NCBI GenBank assembly: GCA_964494205.1
Contig: CAZBRD010000004.1
Coordinates: forward strand, 164,170 to 228,169
Length of the DNA stretch: 64,000 bases
Reading direction: 5' to 3'
From: an uncultured Phycisphaeraceae bacterium
Lineage (GTDB): Bacteria > Planctomycetota > Phycisphaerae > UBA1845
A model generated the notes under the pieces. It was not told the origin of the DNA. It was given only the letters and a program-made list of their open reading frames with translations, and searched no databases. Positions 45,817 through 54,136 of this stretch are shown here, piece after piece; within the stretch, counting starts at the first letter, position 1; each line of letters begins with the position of its first letter. Both the position numbers and the translations under genes were made by a program.

Positions 45817-48522
45817 TTACGCGCCCATGTAAACATCGCGGCGCGTGCCGAAGTAAATCTTACCGGCGGCAAGGAGCAGCAACGCCATGATGACGATGCC
45901 CCACTCACTGACGGTTGGGATGGTACCGGCCGAATCGCAATCATCCGGAGTACCGTTACCGTTGTTGTCGACGAGGTCGTCGCCACCCGGGCAAACATCG
46001 TTGCAATCCGCAACGGTATCACCATCGGTGTCGACATCCGACACGCCGCAACCACAGGTACCCGGCAGTTGCTTGTTCGGATCGGTCGGGCAACCGTCGT
46101 TACAATTCGGGAAGCCGTCCAGATCGGTGTCTGTGTCAGGCGTACCGCAACCGCAGATACCCGGAGCAAGCTTATTCGGATCGGTGTCGCAGGTTTCGTT
46201 GCAATCCGGCTGTGAGTCGCCGTCAGTGTTGGTGTCGGCTACGCCGCAACCGCAAAGACCCGGCTCAAGCTTATTCGGATCGTTATCGCAGTTGTCGATG
46301 CAATCCGGCTGTGAGTCGCCGTCAGTGTTGGTGTCGGCTACACCGCAACCACACAGACCCGGCTCAAGCTTATTCGGATCGTTATCGCAGTTGTCGATGC
46401 AATCCGGCTGCGAGTCGCCGTCGGTGTTGGTGTCAGCCACATTGCAACCGCAAAGACCCGGTGCCAACTTTGCAGGATCATCCGGGCAACCGTCGCAGGC
46501 ATCGCCCGCGCTGTCGCCGTCAGCATTTTCCTGGCCTGGATTCGCTGCATTCGGGCAGTTGTCGCATTCATCACCGAGACCGTCGCCGTCAGCGTCGATC
46601 TGAGCCGGATTGAACACATTTGGACAGTTGTCGCCACAAGCGGCGTCAATACCGTCCGGGAACGGAAGGTCAGCATCGCCGCCGCACGCAGCACCTGACG
46701 GAACGCCGCCCGAAGCCGCACAGCATGCTTCAGCCACCTCGGCGCAAGTGCCGGCGAAGCAGCACGCAACGAGGTTGCCGCAAGTGCTTCCAATACCAGC
46801 AAACAGACCAGTGCAGGCCGCTTCATTTACAGGTTCGGTGCAAACCAGATTGATGTCACAGCAGGCGCCAATGGCGTTTTCCGAGCATGGGCACTCGATG
46901 TTGACTTCATACTGGCCACGATCCGTCGCACTCCACGAACCGACCGAGAAGAAATAGGTCTCGCCAACAGTGAGACCCGACATGCAACCGGTGTTGGACA
47001 AGAAGTCCGTACCTGAAATGTCGTCACTGCAGCCGACGCTGACGGGGTCGCCGCATGCGTCAAACACAATGATCTGTGAATCGACTGGACCGCCTACCAC
47101 TGAATCAGTAAAGATTCGTGCGTTGTCATACGTTGCGACGAAGCTGTACCAGCGGTGACCGAAGCCGGCGCTGAACAAGCAGCCCTCGGGATCCGTCGCT
47201 GCGTTCACTACACCGGTGTTATCCGAAATGAAAACGGAGTCGCACTGAACGGGAACTGAACAGTCGCAGGACTCGTTACCAGCGAGATTGTTCTCGCAGT
47301 TGTTCAAGCAAGCATCGCAATTGTTCGAGTTTCCATCATCGCACTCTTCGGGGCCTTCCTGAATACCGTTACCGCATACGAACGAAACACAGGTAATGTC
47401 GAGAGTGTAGGCGGCTGTTGCACCACCCCAACCCGAAACGCGAATCTTATAATCAACGCCGCTGGCTGTAAGGAACGAAACTTCTGAATTGAAGTTGGCA
47501 GGGAAGTTAATGTCGTCATCACAGGCGACTTCCAATCCCGCGCAACCGTCAAAAACTGCAAGAACCGTATCCTCGCCATCTGCACTGCCGTCGGTTGAAA
47601 TGGTCAAACCACCATCGCAGGTCGAGGTATAGCAATACCAATCAGCGTCGTCATTCGGATCGCCGCAGCTTGGATATGGTGCTTCATTCGGACCAGTCGA
47701 CGGACCACCCGCGGCCAAACCCGAAGCAACGCCAACACCGTCTGCAACACTGTCGCAGAACGCGCAAACCGAACCGTCGCCTGCGCCAGTCACGGCCCAA
47801 AGCGACGTATAACCAGCAGCAACGGTCGGGATAAACGGACCCCACGGTGGCGGAACGCCGCCGCCCGGCGGGCTGTAATAAACGCCGTCATCACTCGAAC
47901 CGACAGCTTCGGCTCCACCATTCTTGGCGGCCCACGTCGAAATAACCGCGGGCGGTCCAACGACTTCGAGGTGCGAGCTGGTCATGACCATCCAAATCTT
48001 GCCTGGAAGTATGATGCCAGGAGCTATTTTCTGCTCATGGAACCCGCAGCCAATGAAACCGGACGCGCCGAGGTCACCATTCGTCGATCCAGCCTGAGAA
48101 CCAGCCGTGCCGATGATTGGGGCAAGCGGGGCGCTCGGTGGACCAGCAGCATCATCAGTCCACAATTCGGTGCTCACGGTATACGGTGCACAGTTACCGC
48201 ACGTAGCAAAAAGATAGGTGCGCAATTCATAACCCGCACCAATCAAAGTTGCTTCGTCCGCGAGATAGATTCGACCGTTAGCGCGATTCAAACGGAGACC
48301 GCCCGAGTTGAACGCACCGGCGTCGAAAAGTGTTGTCCCTGGCAACGTAGCCACGCTGCCGCCTGGCAACATTTGCGTCGGCATGGTTTCCGGCTGCTCA
48401 GTCAAAATGACTGGCGTTGTCGGAACTTGAGCTGGCGAAGCCACTTCAACCGGCTTCACCTGTGCAAATGCGGTACACGTACAAAGTGCAACCGCGAGAA
48501 TACTCTTGAAAATCCTATTCAT
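45817..48522 (-). CDS. Giant secreted surface protein: PPC-like domains, Cys-rich CGNG..EECDDGN repeat, thrombospondin-type-3-like repeats, IPTL-type C-terminal sorting signal
   Basis: The ATG at 48522 is preceded by ggagga. Signal MNRIFKSILAVALCTCTAFA. CGNGIQEGPEECDDGNSNNCDAC. DNCPNVFNPAQIDADGDGLGDECDNCPN. Three near-identical 33-aa units DTNTDGDSQPDCIDNCDNDPNKLEPGLCGCGVA. C-terminus TIPTVSEWGIVIMALLLLAAGKIYFGTRR. Confidence 0.88.
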   Translation of the reverse strand: MNRIFKSILAVALCTCTAFAQVKPVEVASPAQVPTTPVILTEQPETMPTQMLPGGSVATLPGTTLFDAGAFNSGGLRLNRANGRIYLADEATLIGAGYELRTYLFATCGNCAPYTVSTELWTDDAAGPPSAPLAPIIGTAGSQAGSTNGDLGASGFIGCGFHEQKIAPGIILPGKIWMVMTSSHLEVVGPPAVISTWAAKNGGAEAVGSSDDGVYYSPPGGGVPPPWGPFIPTVAAGYTSLWAVTGAGDGSVCAFCDSVADGVGVASGLAAGGPSTGPNEAPYPSCGDPNDDADWYCYTSTCDGGLTISTDGSADGEDTVLAVFDGCAGLEVACDDDINFPANFNSEVSFLTASGVDYKIRVSGWGGATAAYTLDITCVSFVCGNGIQEGPEECDDGNSNNCDACLNNCENNLAGNESCDCSVPVQCDSVFISDNTGVVNAATDPEGCLFSAGFGHRWYSFVATYDNARIFTDSVVGGPVDSQIIVFDACGDPVSVGCSDDISGTDFLSNTGCMSGLTVGETYFFSVGSWSATDRGQYEVNIECPCSENAIGACCDINLVCTEPVNEAACTGLFAGIGSTCGNLVACCFAGTCAEVAEACCAASGGVPSGAACGGDADLPFPDGIDAACGDNCPNVFNPAQIDADGDGLGDECDNCPNAANPGQENADGDSAGDACDGCPDDPAKLAPGLCGCNVADTNTDGDSQPDCIDNCDNDPNKLEPGLCGCGVADTNTDGDSQPDCIDNCDNDPNKLEPGLCGCGVADTNTDGDSQPDCNETCDTDPNKLAPGICGCGTPDTDTDLDGFPNCNDGCPTDPNKQLPGTCGCGVSDVDTDGDTVADCNDVCPGGDDLVDNNGNGTPDDCDSAGTIPTVSEWGIVIMALLLLAAGKIYFGTRRDVYMGA
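46160..46470 (-). repeat. Near-perfect 99-bp in-frame tandem repeats (about 3 units)
   Basis: The unit gcaatccggctgtgagtcgccgtcagtgttggtgtcggcta.gccgcaacc.ca.agacccggctcaagcttattcggatcgttatcgcagttgtcgat occurs at 46201-46299 and 46300-46398, with a third diverging copy after it. Confidence 0.85.
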
Positions 48523-48654
48523 CTTTCTAAATCCTCCATCCCTCAAAACTGTGGGAGAAAAATAATAACGACTAACAATCAGCTTTGATTCGACCGCTAG
48601 GGAACATGGGGTTTTCAGCTTCATCCTCTGCGGCCAACCCGAAACAACTTTGTC

Positions 48655-49419
48655 TCAGGCGAGGACCGGAGGTGCGCGCGGATGGCTTGGGACGAGGTAA
48701 CGAATGATTGTCGCAATCCACCGGGAGAGGTGGATACACTGACCTGAATCGCCCGCCGCAATCAATCGGCGGGATCGGGGCGGCGATGCACAGACAACAT
48801 CTGTCACCGCGCCGAGAATGGTTGCACACACAAACGCAACCAAAAACGCAACCACGATGCAGCCGCCGGTTTTGCCGACCAACAGCAGCACGAGATTGTC
48901 AATCTGAACAGAAGCAATGAGTCCGTAACGCAGGTTGATCGGCGCGAGCGCGAACTCGACCGCCGCCCAACCCAGACCAAGAATCAACGGATCGAACCCG
49001 CGACGCGTCGTCGCGTGCGCGCCGAACCAAGCGTACAACGCAGGCACCAGCGTCAATAACAGGCATGAAAGCAAAGTCGGTTCAAAACCTGACCCGCCCG
49101 AAACGGCACTGTAAGCGTAAATACTGAAACCCCAGATCGCGCCGCAAACGGCTGCGAACGACGGCTTCAGAAAACGAATCGCAATGAATACCGGAATCAG
49201 CGCGAACCAGCTAAGCCAAGTGTGCGCATGAACAGAAACCGATTCACCGGTGAGCACGCCGGCTGCGATGAGGGATGCAAGTAATGCAGAAGCCTTCGCG
49301 AAATTGCCACTCGATGGCACTTTCGCCATTGCTTCCACTCTTGCCAAACGGTGTGTAGGACACTTCACCATGAAACGCCGCGACTCCACCTTCCGCTTCC
49401 CTGCGGGTTCCACACACAA
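48655..49419 (-). CDS. Polytopic membrane protein resembling the N-terminal membrane domain of apolipoprotein N-acyltransferase (no CN-hydrolase domain)
   Basis: LSWFALIPVFIAIRF...GAIWGFSIYAYS...LLTLVPALYAWFGAH...LGLGWAAVEFALAP...LLLVGKTGGCIVVAFLVAFV follows the Lnt membrane-domain pattern by eye. The start is possibly Met at 49329. The functional call is weak. Confidence 0.5.
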   Translation of the reverse strand: MCVEPAGKRKVESRRFMVKCPTHRLARVEAMAKVPSSGNFAKASALLASLIAAGVLTGESVSVHAHTWLSWFALIPVFIAIRFLKPSFAAVCGAIWGFSIYAYSAVSGGSGFEPTLLSCLLLTLVPALYAWFGAHATTRRGFDPLILGLGWAAVEFALAPINLRYGLIASVQIDNLVLLLVGKTGGCIVVAFLVAFVCATILGAVTDVVCASPPRSRRLIAAGDSGQCIHLSRWIATIIRYLVPSHPRAPPVLA

Positions 49420-49790
49420 TCACACGAGTTCACACTCAGTCGCACTGAAATGCCAACGCGCGTTTTCGCAATATGGGAACTTGCCTTTTCGAACCTCCTG
49501 ACGACGCATCTATCCGATAATGACTGACCCGATAATAGATGCCAGTATAGCTAACGCGGATTTCGAGTGTCAAGCTGGTAATAAAGTTTCACCAAGTCGG
49601 ACTTAACTCAAACTACCGCAGATTACCGGCTCGCCCGTTACGCGATGTGCTATCGATTTGTGCATTTGCGCCAACTTCCACACAATGCGAAAACTCTTCC
49701 CATTTTCACGCAGTTTGAAGACCCCCGCTTTGAACTAGGCCAGCACGCGTCCAACTTCTGCACCTACAATCCCTCAAGGAGGGAAGCAGA

Positions 49791-50147
49791 ATGGGTGCAA
49801 TCAGTGATGAAAAACGCGCAGACCGCCAGCCTTCGTTGAATTCGACTCACCACCGGGTCATTTCCTATCGCGAAATTCTGGAACAACTGGCGACCGATGA
49901 ACTTCGCGCCGGGCGTCTAACCCGTCGAAACTACGCGCGGTTCATTCAGATGGCCAAGGAGTACAGGTTCACCGCGGCTGAAGCAGAGGACATGATCGAG
50001 TCGAGCCGTGAACGACTTGTTCGCGAAGGTCTGGAACTGTCGGACTTTGACAATCTTGAAAGCAATTCGTCCGCCGGACGATCGCGACTCGTTACCGTTG
50101 CGATTGTTCTGCTATTTATTCAAGGTTTATGGTGGTTGCTGTTTTGA
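49791..50147 (+). CDS. Hypothetical tail-anchored small protein
   Basis: The ATG is preceded by aaggaggga. C-terminal TM LVTVAIVLLFIQGLWWLLF. Confidence 0.55.
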   Translation: MGAISDEKRADRQPSLNSTHHRVISYREILEQLATDELRAGRLTRRNYARFIQMAKEYRFTAAEAEDMIESSRERLVREGLELSDFDNLESNSSAGRSRLVTVAIVLLFIQGLWWLLF

Positions 50148-50320
50148 TTGGGCTGAAAGCGAGTGACTAGTTTCACCCGAGAATACAGGTCGCCGAGTGC
50201 CTATGCGTGTGCAACTGCTCTGTGAGCAGTGCGTTACCTCATCGGGTGACATACAAGTTCAATTGAATGGAGGCACTAACTCGGAAGGCAAAAACTCGTG
50301 TCCAAAGCGGTACTAACCAA

Positions 50321-50881
50321 TTAGGAAGCTCGAACCGCTCGCTTCGATTCCGATTGGGCCACCTTGGTGACCAGTCGTCGATGGGCCCCGACGAGATCCT
50401 TGCAGATCAATTCCATGCGTCGATTCAGATCGCGTCGCTCCCGAATCACGCGGCGAACCAGGTCGCGCATCTTGCGGTACTTGGCCGCATGCAGTCGTCG
50501 AACCTCTGATCCGTGCAACACGCGTTCGATCGCATCCATCAAATCGGTAATCGGGAACGGCTTGATATAGACATCGCGAATCCCATTGCGCATAGCCTCA
50601 ACTACCTGCTCTGAAGTCGGCTCATTGGCGAGCAGGATAATCGGCCCAGCGCCCAGCGCGCTGATGTACTCCGCGAGGCGCAATCCATCACAGGTGGGCA
50701 ATTCCAGTTCGGTGACGATCACATGGTGTCGCTCGACAGCCGCCACATCGAGGCAGGCCTCGGCGTCCGCCACGCAAGTAATCTGGCAATCAAATCGACG
50801 CTCGATCGCATCGACCATCATTTCGAGAATGGTGGAGTCTGGTTCGACCAAGAGAATCTTCGTTTCGCGCCGATGCTTCAC
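50321..50881 (-). CDS. Atypical receiver-domain protein (Glu at the phospho-acceptor position)
   Basis: KILLVEPD...HHVIVTELELPTCDG...PIILLANE...VYIKPF. The expected Asp four residues before the LP motif is Glu, and the conserved Thr/Ser is Ala. It has a coiled-coil-like C-terminal extension. Confidence 0.8.
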   Translation of the reverse strand: MKHRRETKILLVEPDSTILEMMVDAIERRFDCQITCVADAEACLDVAAVERHHVIVTELELPTCDGLRLAEYISALGAGPIILLANEPTSEQVVEAMRNGIRDVYIKPFPITDLMDAIERVLHGSEVRRLHAAKYRKMRDLVRRVIRERRDLNRRMELICKDLVGAHRRLVTKVAQSESKRAVRAS

Positions 50882-50971
50882 GAAACACCTCGCGTATCAA
50901 GTATTGAATTCTCCCCCCTTGGCAAGGGGGGACAAAGGGGGGTCTGGCCTGGCAGTTGGCGGTTTCTAGAA

Positions 50972-53257
50972 CTAGCTGGTCGCAACCTGATCGGTGGGTT
51001 GAGCGGGCAATTCAACAATGACCGTCGTCCCGACGTTTGGCGTCGAGTCGAGCAGCAACCGCCCGCCGTTAATCTCTGTATATCGGTACGCACGAGAAAG
51101 CCCTAATCCTCTGCCGCGACCCGCCGGACGACTCGAAAAGAACGGGTCGATCGCATGCTCCAACACGTTGGGCGTCATTCCCACGCCGTTGTCGGAAACC
51201 ACGATCCGTGCCGTGTCATCGGACGTCAGCGAGGGAGAGTTGATTTCGACCATCCCTTTTTCCGGTGACACTGCTTTGGCAGCATTGGTAAGAATGGCGT
51301 CAAGAATTGCGCCCAGCTGATTCTCGTCGGCAAAGACCTTGGCATTGTCGTCAACGAGGCAAACCTTAATCTGATCCGGACGCAGGTTTTTCGAGGCAAC
51401 GCAACGTTCAGCCGCTTGACTCACGATATCGGAAATGAAATGGTGCGCCGGCTTCGGCGGCTCGGGCCGAGCAAACTCCATCAGTTCGCTGGCGATGTTA
51501 CTGGCTTTGTGTGCTTGCTCGACAATCGCGCTCAGTGACTTCGCAACATCCGGGTCCTTGCAGTCTTGTCGCAGCATCTGAGCGCGCGTTGAGATGACCG
51601 CCAGTGGATTGTTGATCTCGTGGGCAGCCCCCCCCGCCATCTCGCGGACCATCGAAACCGATCGTGTGCGAACCAGCGCAGTTTGCGCATGCCGCAGTCG
51701 TCGATGTGCTTCGACCAACTCTTCCGTCATGCGTTCGCTGCGATCGCGCATCTGCGCATGAGAGACCGCCAACCCAATCGCATGTGACAGCGCCTGACAC
51801 TCGCGCGCGGCGTCGCGCAGCAACGGGTCCGGCTCCTTCTCCCTCGCAAAAACGACTGCCCCTGACTTCATGCTTTGCTGCGTGACATCCAGCGTCCAGA
51901 GCCGTTCTTCGCTGTTGGCTCCCTGCAATGTTCGCCAGAGATTTTGCGTCTCGCGATCCGCCCGCTCAGCCGTCACATTTCCCACAAAGTCGGAATGGCT
52001 CGAATCGCGCGGCAATGTACCTACCTGTTCAAGGCCAATCACAGATGAACTAACTCGTTCACCGTGGGCCGATGCGCTCCCCACGTGCAGCAGGCTCGCC
52101 TCTCGATCAACCACGTACGCAATCGCCTGCTCGCAAACCAGCGCTTCGCAAAAGCTCCGCGCCGCAGCCGCACACACATCCGCCGGCGTATTTTCCTGCG
52201 ACAAACCTTGCGTAAAGCGATCAAGAATCTCGAAGCAAATGGATCGCACTTCGAGGCGGGCGTTGGCTGTCTGCATATCTGAATTGAGTCGCGAAAGCTC
52301 TTGATTCGCCTTAGCCAGTGACTCCGCACACAGCTTCGCGCTGGTCATGTCATCCAAGCCGACCAGATCGCAATACGGCTCCATGCGCTGCGGAATCTCA
52401 GCCATGATGCCTTCGAGTGTCGCCTGGTCGAGACCAAGTATTGTGAGTTCCGATGCATCCGCCTGATCAACGAATCCCGAAAAGCCGATGCGCTGCCCGC
52501 GAACCATTCGATCTGCCACATGAATAATCCGGACCAGATCGCCATGCGCCAGCGTCGATGGAAGCGCGTCCATCGGGTGATGGTGCAGCCACGCGCATTC
52601 CATGATGGAATCAGGCAATTTCCAGCGTGATGCGAGACGTTTTCCGGCTGTCGTGTGATCCAGTCCGAACAGCTCGCGCTCAACGTCGCAAATGCAGATT
52701 CGCTGTCGCTCAGCCCGCTCAGCCGCACGCGTGTAACTCTTCGGCAGACACGCACCGAGTGCGATCTTGCCAATGTCGTGCAAGAGTCCGCAAACAAACG
52801 CATCGCCCGAAAGTCGATTTCCTTTTGTCTTCTGTGCGATCAGTTCAGCCGTGCACGCAACCGCGAGGCTGTGCTTCCACAACTCGCGCCGCAGCGAGTT
52901 CATGTTGGGCGTTTCTTCGGTGGTGGTCAGCGTTTCATGAAGCTTGAGTGAAAGCACCGCATTACGCACCGCCCGGAATCCAAGCAGCGTAACAACCTTC
53001 GCAACGGTCAATCCGTCCGATCGAACGCCTTTGTCAGCCCGCTGTGCGAGCCGCAACAACCCAGCCGTCAACGACGCATCCGATTCGATAACACGGGTCA
53101 CATCTTTGGCGGAAGATTCATCAGACGCGGTGAGCGATAACAATCTGGCTGCGACAGAAGGAAGGGTTGGCAGCTTGTCGAGCTGACTAAGGATGAGCTC
53201 AGCCCGCTCACGTGGTGCGGGTAGCTCAAACGGCAATGCCAAACGCGCGACGGTCAA
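50972..53257 (-). CDS. HDOD-domain sensor histidine kinase
   Basis: HDOD: LPTLPSVAARLLSLTASDESSAKDVTRVIESDASLTAGLLRLAQ...LLHDIGKIAL. Central GAF/PAS-like region. HisKA: GGAAHEINNPLAVI. HATPase: SDNGVGM...DPFFSSRPAGRGRGLGLS. Confidence 0.88.
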   Translation of the reverse strand: MTVARLALPFELPAPRERAELILSQLDKLPTLPSVAARLLSLTASDESSAKDVTRVIESDASLTAGLLRLAQRADKGVRSDGLTVAKVVTLLGFRAVRNAVLSLKLHETLTTTEETPNMNSLRRELWKHSLAVACTAELIAQKTKGNRLSGDAFVCGLLHDIGKIALGACLPKSYTRAAERAERQRICICDVERELFGLDHTTAGKRLASRWKLPDSIMECAWLHHHPMDALPSTLAHGDLVRIIHVADRMVRGQRIGFSGFVDQADASELTILGLDQATLEGIMAEIPQRMEPYCDLVGLDDMTSAKLCAESLAKANQELSRLNSDMQTANARLEVRSICFEILDRFTQGLSQENTPADVCAAAARSFCEALVCEQAIAYVVDREASLLHVGSASAHGERVSSSVIGLEQVGTLPRDSSHSDFVGNVTAERADRETQNLWRTLQGANSEERLWTLDVTQQSMKSGAVVFAREKEPDPLLRDAARECQALSHAIGLAVSHAQMRDRSERMTEELVEAHRRLRHAQTALVRTRSVSMVREMAGGAAHEINNPLAVISTRAQMLRQDCKDPDVAKSLSAIVEQAHKASNIASELMEFARPEPPKPAHHFISDIVSQAAERCVASKNLRPDQIKVCLVDDNAKVFADENQLGAILDAILTNAAKAVSPEKGMVEINSPSLTSDDTARIVVSDNGVGMTPNVLEHAIDPFFSSRPAGRGRGLGLSRAYRYTEINGGRLLLDSTPNVGTTVIVELPAQPTDQVATS

Positions 53258-53351
53258 TGCCTTTGTCCTTCAGATAGGCGCCTTAAAGAGCGCGGAATAC
53301 AAGCAAGCGTAACGAAGTAATCAATTCCGCACGACCGTCAGGTTCCCGGAC

Positions 53352-53942
53352 CTAGGCCGCATTGGACGAACTTACCAACTGCACGATTCGATTAATGACC
53401 GCGTTAATGTCAAACGGTTTCTTGATGAACTCGTCCGCACCCGCAGCACGAAGTTCACGCACTTCATCCGGATCAGCCACGCCGCTGATCATGATGATCT
53501 TAATATGCTCATACGCCGGGTTCGCGCGGATCGTCCGGCAGACCGCATTACCATCCACGTCCGGCAATTTGAAGTCGAGCAGAATGACGTCGGGCCGGAA
53601 CTGCTCGGTCACGATGCCTGCATCGAAGCCGGTGCCAGCGGTCCGCAATTCGAAGCGTCCGTCCCGCTCCAGCAGGTCCACGAACATCTCGATGATGGCC
53701 TCGTCGTCATCAACCACCAGCACGCGCTTTCGACCGGTTTCCAACTGGTCCAGCGGGATCTGGTTGGCCTTCATAAAGGAGATCAACGCGTCGCGCGGAA
53801 TCCTGCGAAAGCGGGAACCCGGGACGCGAAAACCCTTCAGTTTGCCACTATCAAAACAACGGATGACGGTCTGCTGGCTGACCTTGCAAATAGCCGCCAC
53901 TTCCCCCGTTGTGAACACGGTTTTTGTTCGATTATCACTCAT
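53352..53942 (-). CDS. Response regulator with an N-terminal excisionase/MerR-type HTH and a C-terminal receiver
   Basis: HTH: FTTGEVAAICKVSQQTVIRCFDSGKLKGFRVPGSRFRRIPRDAL. REC: VLVVDDDE...DVILLDFKLPDVDG...IIMISG...FIKKPF. Confidence 0.85.
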   Translation of the reverse strand: MSDNRTKTVFTTGEVAAICKVSQQTVIRCFDSGKLKGFRVPGSRFRRIPRDALISFMKANQIPLDQLETGRKRVLVVDDDEAIIEMFVDLLERDGRFELRTAGTGFDAGIVTEQFRPDVILLDFKLPDVDGNAVCRTIRANPAYEHIKIIMISGVADPDEVRELRAAGADEFIKKPFDINAVINRIVQLVSSSNAA

Positions 53943-54136
53943 TTCCCAGCCCCTATCCGATGACGCCCGAACCGTGTCGTGCGCCGAGCAAGTTTACCAC
54001 TTCCCCCATATTTCCTATACGATACATCCGGCACATCTTTATGTCAATGGTTTAATCTCGGACCTTCTTTGGCAAGATGAATAGAATAAGATTAACAAAC
54101 TCGGACCAAAAAGGGAACCCTATGTGAAATGAAATC

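Noticed and set aside
46160-46470. Regularly spaced direct repeats that could suggest a CRISPR array. The same question arises for the 15-bp repeats at 12099-12212.
   Set aside because: The units are contiguous with no unique spacers. They are in frame inside long ORFs and encode Asp/Cys or Pro/Asp protein repeats.
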